DNA of 59,638 bases. Source: an uncultured Bacteroidales bacterium (GTDB lineage: Bacteria; Bacteroidota; Bacteroidia; Bacteroidales; Paludibacteraceae). The position numbers were made by a program, and so were the translations under genes. Under the pieces are notes generated by a model. That model was not told the origin of the DNA and made no database searches. It was given only the letters and a program-made list of their open reading frames with translations. Positions within the stretch are counted from its first letter, which is position 1, and every line of letters starts with the position of its first letter. This document shows, one piece after another, positions 15,881-23,667 of this stretch. The DNA is taken from assembly GCA_937911235.1 (NCBI GenBank), contig CALDPN010000086.1:1-59638 (forward strand), given 5' to 3'.

Positions 15881-18256
15881 ATGGCTATGAAAACTTGTAA
15901 ATTTTTATGTTTAGCATTTTTAATGCTAATAGCAGTAGGTTGTTCAGAAGGTAAATTAGATAACACTACCAGTGAAACTGAAAATCTTGAAATTTCTGAT
16001 ATTCAATTCGATGAGAATTATAAGGATTTCTCAATAGGGGTGCATTTCAAAGATGCCTTTATGCCAAAGAAAAGACTTCACATTGGCAAGATAAAACTAA
16101 ATGTTACAGAATATGATTCTGATATGAATAAGATTACAGAATCTGCTCAGCCAATTTTCAGAGGTGCTAAAAACCTTCATTCAGAAAAGATAAAAGATTT
16201 AGGCATCAAAGGTCTAGTGCTAGTGGACTTGTCTTTAGACGAATTGCAAATAGAAAAAGAGAAAGGGGCAGTAGAAAGTTTGAGAGAGTTTGTTTTTGAA
16301 AACCAACTATATGTAGCCTTTATGCAAGATGGCAAGGTGAGCCCAACTTATCCTGCTACAGATTATGTTCTAGACAATTACTTTATTCCAAATCAAGCTC
16401 CTAAAAAATTGTTTGGTAGTATAGTTGCTAAGATGGATGAGATGAAAAGTGAAGATTCTGAATTTTTCTCACAAACAGCAACAGAAAATAAAGTACTTAT
16501 TGTGTTTTCCGACGGACATATCTACAATGGTGATAAACCTATAGATCCTAAACACTTTGAGTATCAAGAAATATTACTAAACCAAACAAAGCAAGACGAT
16601 AAACTACAATTTTGTTATGTAAACTTCAACGAAGAAAAAGACGATGAGTTTGCAGTGGAGAATGATGTAGAAAACATATTCACATACATTTGCAAAGGCT
16701 TGGGTGGAGCGTATATTCCAGACGTGGATATGAAACAAATAGCTACAGAGGTAATGCGTGGTAGAGATAGTGAAAAAGTGGATTTTAGACTAAAACTTAC
16801 AAATCCAGATCATAAAATTTACCGTGGCGACGAAAGAATACTTAAGGTTAATTGTATGTATGATGGAGAACTACTTTTCACAGGTTCTAAATCATATTCT
16901 TTAGGTAGTGTGTATAAACCTGTTATAGTCAATGGTTCTGGTTTATATAGCGTATTAATACAAGCCGCAGTATTTACATTAATATTAGTATTATCCATCT
17001 ACGTGGTATTTCAACTAATAGAACCTTATGTGAAATATCGTATCTTCAAGTATAAATACGTAACCAAATATACAGGGCCAAATATGAGTTGGAGAGGCAT
17101 CCAAGTGCCAGATTCATGCTACTATTGTAAAACACCATTCGAGATAGGCGACGAGATAGTAGTGAAATGTGAGCACGTTATGGATATGTCTTGTTGGAAA
17201 GAAAATTTATACAGATGCCCTGAATATGGCAGAAGATGCAATTTAGGAAAGCACTATTACAACGACAAAAACATTTTCGATAAGAAAAATGCACCTTATT
17301 ATATGAAGTGGCTTTTAGCTGGTACATTGGCAGGGTTCGTAGCATGGTTCTTCTTTATATTAGGCACCTTCCACTCAGATCTGTCATTTATAAATGGAAT
17401 ATATGATAAGGTTTCACAATTTGACCCTTTAAGAGATATGGTGTTTGGTTTACACAATAATGTAACATCAGGCATGTTTGCTGCACCATACTTTGGTTTC
17501 TTTATGTGTTTCTGTTTAACCCTTGCCTTAAGTTTACTTTCTAGTCATGGTAAATGGTTGTACAAACGCACAGTTGTGGTACTTATAAAATCTTTAGTCG
17601 CAGGTATATGTGGTTATCTTACATATCTATTAGTAGTGTTGGCACTAATCGCATTCAAGCTAAAAGGTTATTATTATATGATAGACTGGATACCATGGGC
17701 ATTAAATGGTTATATAGTGGCATATGCAGTAGCATTTAAAACAGATATTAAACTGAAAAAAGCATTAATGGGTGCAACTATTTCTATGGGATTCTCAATA
17801 GCCTCAATGTATCTTTGGAATTATTCAACACATTCACACATAGATACTAGAGATTTATTATTGGTAAGTTGTTTAATATATGGCATCGGCTTAGCAGCCA
17901 GTCTTGCTATAAATTTTCCACAATCTGAACGCTATTTTATAAAGGTGGAAGGACCAATTAAAACTATGGAGTTGGCACTTTATAAGTGGATGAACGCACA
18001 AGTTATAAACCGCTGCGTTACCATAGGTAAGTCTGTGGATTGTAATCTGCAAATGTCTTGGGATATAAATAGTGCCATTGCCCCAAAACAAGCAGAACTA
18101 AAAATGATAGGAGGTAATATCTATCTTATTCCACTTGAAAACGGCGTCACTTTCAAAGGTAAACCAGCTATCATAGACAAACGCATTCACCTATATCACG
18201 GCGACAAGTTTGTGATAGGACAAACTAAGTTCACATATGTAGAACACGATGTGTAA
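15881..18256 (+). CDS. multidomain membrane protein: lipoprotein signal, vWA-like domain, TM, RING-like Zn finger, polytopic TM block, FHA-like C-terminus
   Basis: Lipobox LIAVGC. vWA-like strands GLVLVDLSLD and VLIVFSDG. C413-x2-C-x13-C-x-H-x5-C-x7-C-x6-C453 (17117-17239). About six further hydrophobic helices. C-terminal TIGKSVDCNLQM...AELKMIGGNIYLIPLENGVTFKGKP...LYHGDKFVIGQTKFTY has the FHA topology pattern with divergent pThr-binding residues. Confidence 0.6.
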   Translation: MAMKTCKFLCLAFLMLIAVGCSEGKLDNTTSETENLEISDIQFDENYKDFSIGVHFKDAFMPKKRLHIGKIKLNVTEYDSDMNKITESAQPIFRGAKNLHSEKIKDLGIKGLVLVDLSLDELQIEKEKGAVESLREFVFENQLYVAFMQDGKVSPTYPATDYVLDNYFIPNQAPKKLFGSIVAKMDEMKSEDSEFFSQTATENKVLIVFSDGHIYNGDKPIDPKHFEYQEILLNQTKQDDKLQFCYVNFNEEKDDEFAVENDVENIFTYICKGLGGAYIPDVDMKQIATEVMRGRDSEKVDFRLKLTNPDHKIYRGDERILKVNCMYDGELLFTGSKSYSLGSVYKPVIVNGSGLYSVLIQAAVFTLILVLSIYVVFQLIEPYVKYRIFKYKYVTKYTGPNMSWRGIQVPDSCYYCKTPFEIGDEIVVKCEHVMDMSCWKENLYRCPEYGRRCNLGKHYYNDKNIFDKKNAPYYMKWLLAGTLAGFVAWFFFILGTFHSDLSFINGIYDKVSQFDPLRDMVFGLHNNVTSGMFAAPYFGFFMCFCLTLALSLLSSHGKWLYKRTVVVLIKSLVAGICGYLTYLLVVLALIAFKLKGYYYMIDWIPWALNGYIVAYAVAFKTDIKLKKALMGATISMGFSIASMYLWNYSTHSHIDTRDLLLVSCLIYGIGLAASLAINFPQSERYFIKVEGPIKTMELALYKWMNAQVINRCVTIGKSVDCNLQMSWDINSAIAPKQAELKMIGGNIYLIPLENGVTFKGKPAIIDKRIHLYHGDKFVIGQTKFTYVEHDV

Positions 18257-18259
18257 TTT

Positions 18260-19045
18260 TTACTCACTCCACTTTACACCTTCCCATATCTCGTACGACT
18301 TGAGTGCTTGGTTTACGAACATTGGCCAACCGTTTTGGATGCGTGCCCCGCATGTTTCGGCTTGACGCAAATATAAGGTTTCAATCGGATTATAGATAAG
18401 GTCATAAACAACGTGGTCTCTTGTGATGCAGTGATATGGAATATTAGGGCATTCCTTCACATTTGGGAAAGTACCCACAGGCGATGTGTTTATAAGCACT
18501 GTGTGCGCTTTGATTATCTCGTCTGTTAGTTCGCCGTATGTAAGACCATTTTCTACATTGTTTCTAGACACAAACTTATATGAAATACCAAGTAAGTCTA
18601 GTGAATATGCAATAGCTTTACTTGCTCCACCAGTGCCTAGGATAAGAGCTTGTTTGTGACTATCGTTGATAAGTGGTTTAAAAGACTCTGTAAAACCATA
18701 CCAATCGGTGTTGTAACCTTTTAGGTATTTGCTGCCGTCTTCACGAGTTTCTACTTTCACTACATTCACTGCGCCCATTGCGCTAGCGTGCTCGTCTAGT
18801 TCGTCAAGATAAGGAATAACAGCTTGTTTGTAGGGAATTGTTACATTTAGCCCTACAAGCATAGGATGCTCCTTAATAATATTAGGGAACTCCTCTATAC
18901 TGCTTATCTCAAACTTTAAATACTCAGAAGGAATTCCTTTCTGGGCAAATCTCTCGTTAAAAAACGTAGGTGAAAGAGAATGGCACAGAGGATTTCCAAT
19001 GATGCCGTACTCTTTTGTAATATGTTTATTTGTTTTTCTTAGCAT
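18260..19045 (-). CDS. aroE: shikimate dehydrogenase
   Basis: YGIIGNPLCHSLSP, NVTIPYK, LGTGGASKA motifs. Confidence 0.85.
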   Translation of the reverse strand: MLRKTNKHITKEYGIIGNPLCHSLSPTFFNERFAQKGIPSEYLKFEISSIEEFPNIIKEHPMLVGLNVTIPYKQAVIPYLDELDEHASAMGAVNVVKVETREDGSKYLKGYNTDWYGFTESFKPLINDSHKQALILGTGGASKAIAYSLDLLGISYKFVSRNNVENGLTYGELTDEIIKAHTVLINTSPVGTFPNVKECPNIPYHCITRDHVVYDLIYNPIETLYLRQAETCGARIQNGWPMFVNQALKSYEIWEGVKWSE

Positions 19046-19748
19046 AGTGTTTGATGATAAAGTAAATAACTAAAATGGCAAAAAGAGCCATAATCACCAC
19101 AGAAAGTTCGTGGCTATATGCTTCAATTAGGTCTTGTTGACCTTGTGCAATGTAACCCAGTAATGCAAGAACGCAGTTCCAAGCGCCAGCACCTAGAGCG
19201 GTAAACAAGCAGAATGAAAATAAATTCATTTTAGCAAGACCAGCAGGGATAGAAATAAGTTGTCTTACCGCTGGTATAAGTCTGCCAATTAGGGTAGAGA
19301 TTTTGCCGTGTTTCACAAAATAGTCTTCTGCCACTTGTATCTTCTCTTTGCTTAGAAGGCAAAGGTGTCCTATCTTGCTATCGGCAAATTTATACATAAT
19401 AGGTCTGCCAAGCCAAAGGGCTAAAAAGTAATTGATTAATGCTCCAATAAGTGCGCCTAATGTACCAGAAATAACTACTAAATAGATATTTAAACTGCTT
19501 CCTTCTTTGCTTGCAATATATGCAGCAGGAGGAATTACAATTTCAGAAGGGAAGGGAATGAAAGAACTTTCCACAGCCATAAGAGCAGTAATGGTATAGT
19601 AGTTCATGTTTTCTTCATACCAATTTTCTACTACTTGAATTATGCTTGGGTTTTCTACTTTTTCAACTTTTTCTACTTTTGCACTGTCTTGGCTAAATGC
19701 ACATGTTGCAAATAGCATAGCAGCAATTAAACTAATTACTTTTTGCAT
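19026..19748 (-). CDS. DedA/SNARE-associated family membrane protein
   Basis: VESSFIPFPSEIVIPPAAY and GRLIPAVRQLISIPAG motifs. Multiple TM segments. Confidence 0.8.
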   Translation of the reverse strand: MQKVISLIAAMLFATCAFSQDSAKVEKVEKVENPSIIQVVENWYEENMNYYTITALMAVESSFIPFPSEIVIPPAAYIASKEGSSLNIYLVVISGTLGALIGALINYFLALWLGRPIMYKFADSKIGHLCLLSKEKIQVAEDYFVKHGKISTLIGRLIPAVRQLISIPAGLAKMNLFSFCLFTALGAGAWNCVLALLGYIAQGQQDLIEAYSHELSVVIMALFAILVIYFIIKHYAKKNK

Positions 19749-21135
19749 TATTAAGTGTATTATAAAATTCTTGTTTCGCTAGTTCGTCTGGTTCTTTGTC
19801 AAATGCTTTTTGTGCAGCATCAAAATCGCCCAATACGGTGTAACAACGTGAGATAAAGATGTTTACATGGTGCATATCAGGACAATCCTTTTCCACCTCA
19901 AGAGCAATTTTTAGTGCTTTATTAGGGTTGTTTGCATTCAAATAATATTGAGCCACTATCATGTGAATGTTAGGGTCTTTTGAGTCTCTTAATAGTTCTC
20001 TGTTAAGTTTGTCGGCTTGAGCACGTAGGCCTTTGTCTTCGCCTAAAATCTTAGCTACAAAAGACTTATAGAAATGATTCTCAGGGTCTAACTCCCACGA
20101 TTTCACAGCTGCTCTATATCCTTTTTCTGCTTGGTCGTCTAAAATGTAAGCCACTGCTAGTGAATGATATATCTCAGCTCTGTCTGGGAATTCTACTAGC
20201 ACAGTCTTAAATAAATTAATAGCCTTTTTAGGCTTGTTCATAAGCAGATAGCATTCTGCCTTTATGATTAATACCTCATAATCATTTGGGTCTAGCTTCT
20301 CTGCGTCGTCTAGATATTTAATAGCTTTATTAAGGTTGCCTTTCACCTTATATACTCTAGCTAGATTTTTAAGGCACGCAAGATTTGTGTCGTCTATGGC
20401 AAAAGCTATATCAAAAGCTTTAATGGCTTCGTCGAAGTCGTTGCTTCTAGCCATAAGATTACCAAAGTTTATCCAAGTGATATTGTCGTATGGGTCTTCG
20501 TCTAAGTGCTCTTGAAGAAGTTTAATGCCTTTTTCAACTTCACCCATCGATTCATAACAAAGTGCGATATTGTTTATAGCTGCTACCCTGTGTATAGAAT
20601 CGTTTAATATTTTTTTTAAGCATTTAATAGCAAATGAATGGTCTCCTGCTGTCATAGCAATAAGAGAAACATCATTATAAAGGTCTGCTTCCCTTATGTC
20701 TGTGGTGGCTAAGATATGGTCTATAGTAGGATATACCTTGTCGTAATCGCCCACTCTGAGTGCACACTCAATAATAAGTTTCATAAGATATTCTCTAAGA
20801 GAATCTATCTTGTCGTCGCTTCTTTCTTCGTCGCCATCTTCGATATCTTCCTCTTCCTTCTCTTCTTTATATTCTTCAGGTTGCTCTATATTATATCCTT
20901 CAGCGTCATCTTCTGGTAGTTCGTTGTACCATTCATCTAGCCCGTCGTCTATAAAATTATTGCTTATGCCCATATCGATAAGTGATATGGTATATTCTGC
21001 CACATCAATTATCTCATGGTATTTTCCAAGGCCATAAAGAATATCAGTTAGGTCCAATAATTCCTTCGTACTGAAATTATTGATGCCATCATCTAAATAT
21101 CTTTGATAAATATCTTGTTGATTAAAATTACTCAT
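19732..21135 (-). CDS. tetratricopeptide-repeat protein
   Basis: Repeated 34-aa A/Y/L-patterned units (e.g. AIKAFDIAFAIDDTN, AIKYLDDAEKLDPND). Start more likely at MSNFNQQ (21135) than at the track ATG 21162. Confidence 0.7.
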   Translation of the reverse strand: MSNFNQQDIYQRYLDDGINNFSTKELLDLTDILYGLGKYHEIIDVAEYTISLIDMGISNNFIDDGLDEWYNELPEDDAEGYNIEQPEEYKEEKEEEDIEDGDEERSDDKIDSLREYLMKLIIECALRVGDYDKVYPTIDHILATTDIREADLYNDVSLIAMTAGDHSFAIKCLKKILNDSIHRVAAINNIALCYESMGEVEKGIKLLQEHLDEDPYDNITWINFGNLMARSNDFDEAIKAFDIAFAIDDTNLACLKNLARVYKVKGNLNKAIKYLDDAEKLDPNDYEVLIIKAECYLLMNKPKKAINLFKTVLVEFPDRAEIYHSLAVAYILDDQAEKGYRAAVKSWELDPENHFYKSFVAKILGEDKGLRAQADKLNRELLRDSKDPNIHMIVAQYYLNANNPNKALKIALEVEKDCPDMHHVNIFISRCYTVLGDFDAAQKAFDKEPDELAKQEFYNTLNNAKSN

Positions 21136-22228
21136 TTTTTTTCTCCTCCTTTTGCGTTGCACCTATCTTTAATACATAATACTCATAATAAGAAACTATG
21201 AGTGTAGTAATAGGTAGTGCAATAATCATGCCTAAAATTCCAAACATCGCCCCCCAAATAGAAAGTGACAACAAAATAACAGCAGGATTTAGTCCTGTGG
21301 CATCGCCCATTATCTTAGGAACTAAAACTGCATCAACAATTACCTGTATAATACCAAATGCTAATACAATGTATAACACATAAAGTCCAAAACTATCACC
21401 ATATTGAGCCGATTGCACAAGTGCCACGAATAGTGCAGGGATTATGCCCAATGTGTGCATATATGGTATCATGTGTAGCACGGCAATAAGCAGACCAAGA
21501 CCAATTGACATTCCAAGCCCCATTATACTAAATGCAATAGCAAATAAAGTACCCACGATAATAGAAATTAGTGCTTGTTTTCTAAAGTAAGTATTCATAT
21601 AAGTTCCCATATCATGAATCAACTTAATAGAAAACTCTCTGTATTGTGCTGGTACATATTTGTTCCATTTGTCAGACAAATTATCAAAGTCTTTCATAAT
21701 AAAGAAAAGATAAAGTGTAAACAAAAATATAACTACTGCACCTGCCACGTACTTAAGCGAAGCAGAAACCACCTCGAAAGCCTGTGGAACTAAGTCGTTT
21801 ATAAATTCATCATATGTAAATTCTTTCAGCCATTGCTCAAAATTGAGTGAAGCAAGGAAAGTTTCTAAATGTGGTTTAATAAAACCAGGATATTGAGATG
21901 CGTTTTTATTCGAAACAAACTGCTGAGCAAGAAACTGTAAATCCGACAATTCTTTGCTCAAACTATTCAAAATAAAATAGAAAAAAGCCCCAATAAGTCC
22001 TATAAGTAGGATTAAAACTATTATTACACTAGCAGTTCTATTTTTAATTTTCAGTTTGTTTTGAAAAAAGTTTACAAACGGATTTAGCATATAAGCCACA
22101 AACCAAGCGGCCACAAATGGTAACAAAACGTCGCCTAGCATATATACAGCGTATATAAGTAGCGCAAATATGCTTAATCTAATAATTAATCTAACAGTAG
22201 AATCTAGTGTAAATGGTTTTTCAAACAT
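21128..22228 (-). CDS. AI-2E family transporter (PerM/UPF0118)
   Basis: About 8 TM segments. LPFVAAWFVAYMLNP and PKIMGDATGLNP motifs. Confidence 0.8.
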   Translation of the reverse strand: MFEKPFTLDSTVRLIIRLSIFALLIYAVYMLGDVLLPFVAAWFVAYMLNPFVNFFQNKLKIKNRTASVIIVLILLIGLIGAFFYFILNSLSKELSDLQFLAQQFVSNKNASQYPGFIKPHLETFLASLNFEQWLKEFTYDEFINDLVPQAFEVVSASLKYVAGAVVIFLFTLYLFFIMKDFDNLSDKWNKYVPAQYREFSIKLIHDMGTYMNTYFRKQALISIIVGTLFAIAFSIMGLGMSIGLGLLIAVLHMIPYMHTLGIIPALFVALVQSAQYGDSFGLYVLYIVLAFGIIQVIVDAVLVPKIMGDATGLNPAVILLSLSIWGAMFGILGMIIALPITTLIVSYYEYYVLKIGATQKEEKKNE

Positions 22229-22251
22229 TTGCTACATAAATTTAAAATGTT

Positions 22252-22267
22252 TACATTTGCAAATGTA
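22252..22267. promoter_or_regulatory. palindromic double -7 box TACATTTGCAAATGTA serving two divergent genes
   Basis: Perfect 16-nt palindrome that reads TAnnTTTG on both strands. It lies between the minus-strand start at 22228 and the plus-strand start at 22296. Confidence 0.35.
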
Positions 22268-22295
22268 ATTAATAAACATAGTTTATACAATTTTT

Positions 22296-22907
22296 ATGGA
22301 TAAAAATTCGTTAATATTAGAGATAAAAAACGATTTAAATTCAATTAAAAAACAAGTAGAAGTTACTCTTGCAAAGCTTGCAGTTCTAGAATCAATGATA
22401 GAACTCGATAAGAAGTTAGGGGTTTCGGTCGCTGAGCCTGTCGAAGAGTTAGGAGTTAGGAGTGAGGAGTTAGGAGTTAAAGAACCTAAACAAGAGAGTA
22501 GGGACAATGCGTGCATTGTCCGAGATGCTGAAGAGGTCGCTGAACCTGTGAAGCAACCAGAACCTGTTGTCGAAGCGCCCGTTGAAGAGTTAGGAGTTGA
22601 AGAACCTGCGCCCGTTGCAGTGCCAATAGAAGAGAGTAGGGACAATGCGTGCATTGTCCGTGAGTCAGAACCGGAAGAAGCACTAGAACTTCGTAACCTA
22701 ATGTCAGTGATTGGCTTAAATGATAGATTCCGTTTCCGTCACGATTTGTTCTCAAATAGCGACGAACTTTTTAAAGAAACCATAGATATACTAAACAAAA
22801 TAGAAGATTTTGACAAAGCAGTAGATTATCTAGTGCAAAAGTTTGCTTGGGACGAAGAAGATGCTACTGTGGTGTATTTTTATGATATTATAAAACCAAA
22901 ATTCTAG
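22296..22907 (+). CDS. hypothetical protein whose central linker is encoded by dispersed repeat modules
   Basis: Helical N-terminus and a compact C-terminal domain (LNDRFRFRHDLFSNSDELF...). The middle ~85 aa is translated from heptamer and hairpin repeat modules (ESRDNACIVR occurs twice). Confidence 0.5.
   Translation: MDKNSLILEIKNDLNSIKKQVEVTLAKLAVLESMIELDKKLGVSVAEPVEELGVRSEELGVKEPKQESRDNACIVRDAEEVAEPVKQPEPVVEAPVEELGVEEPAPVAVPIEESRDNACIVRESEPEEALELRNLMSVIGLNDRFRFRHDLFSNSDELFKETIDILNKIEDFDKAVDYLVQKFAWDEEDATVVYFYDIIKPKF
22427..22662 (+). repeat. cluster of dispersed repeat modules inside a CDS
   Basis: GGTCGCTGAGCCTGTCGAAG (22427-22446). GAGTTAG-type heptamers x5 (22446-22480). A 31-nt exact direct repeat AAGAGAGTAGGGACAATGCGTGCATTGTCCG at 22492-22522 and 22630-22660. 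A second GCTGAACCTGTGAAG copy and a short heptamer run near 22586. Confidence 0.8.
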
Positions 22908-22911
22908 TATA

Positions 22912-23580
22912 ATGAAACTATATGTTGTTCCTACGCCAATAGGAAATTTGGAGGATATGACTTTTAGAGCCATTAAAGTTCTAAAAGAAGTGGATTTCAT
23001 ACTTGCAGAAGATACACGTACATCGTCGGTTTTATTAAAACATTTCGAGATAGACAACAAACTTTGGGCGCATCATAAATTCAATGAGCATCAGTCAGTT
23101 GCCTCAGTAATTGAGCATTTAAAGGCAGGACAAACAGGTGCGGTGATTTCTGATGCAGGCACTCCAGGACTTTCTGATCCAGGTTTCCTTGTGGCTAGAG
23201 AGTGCATAAAAAACGGAATAGAAGTAGAATGTTTGCCAGGAGCTACAGCTGCAATTCCAGCACTTGTAAACTCAGGTCTTCCAATGGATAGATTTTGTTT
23301 CGAAGGTTTTCTGCCACAAAAGAAAGGTAGAAACACCCGTCTTACATTGTTGCAAGAAGAAACTCGTACCATGATATTTTATGAGTCTCCATATCGTGTG
23401 CTAAAAACTTTGAAACAATTTGCAGAATTCTTTGGGGAAGATAGACTGGCGTCTGCCTCTCGCGAAATATCAAAGCTTCACAATCAAACAATTAACGGCA
23501 CTTTGGCAGAACTAATAGAGCATTTTACCAAAACAGAACCAAGGGGGGAGTTTGTGCTCGTAGTAGCAGGTAAAATGTAG
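22912..23580 (+). CDS. rsmI: 16S rRNA (cytidine1402-2'-O)-methyltransferase
   Basis: MKLYVVPTPIGNLEDMTFRAIKVLKEVDFILAEDTR and SDAGTPGLSDPG motifs. Confidence 0.9.
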   Translation: MKLYVVPTPIGNLEDMTFRAIKVLKEVDFILAEDTRTSSVLLKHFEIDNKLWAHHKFNEHQSVASVIEHLKAGQTGAVISDAGTPGLSDPGFLVARECIKNGIEVECLPGATAAIPALVNSGLPMDRFCFEGFLPQKKGRNTRLTLLQEETRTMIFYESPYRVLKTLKQFAEFFGEDRLASASREISKLHNQTINGTLAELIEHFTKTEPRGEFVLVVAGKM

Positions 23581-23626
23581 GGACAATGCTTCGACAGGCT
23601 CAGCAACCGTGCGTGCATTGTCCGTG
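23577..23626 (+). repeat. REP-like palindromic element
   Basis: GTAGGGACAATGC-TTCGACAGGCTCAGCAACCGTGC-GTGCATTGTCCGTG, with GGACAATGC/GCATTGTCC arms. Reverse-complement copy at 41461-41509. The rsmI stop TAG lies in its first bases. Confidence 0.8.
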
Positions 23627-23667
23627 ATAAAAGGAATAATCAATCAATAACATTAATATTTAACATT

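Noticed and set aside
7631-18256. A CBASS (Cap2/Cap3) or Bil-type defence operon.
   Set aside because: No CD-NTase, effector or JAB peptidase is recognisable. The E1 and E2 are separate proteins rather than a Cap2 fusion, and the baseplate genes have no counterpart in those systems.
22283-22654. A 123-aa minus-strand ORF (S/T/G/P-rich) as a real gene.
   Set aside because: It is the antisense reading of the repeat-derived linker of the plus-strand CDS. It is low-complexity and has no start context. Repeat symmetry explains the open frame.
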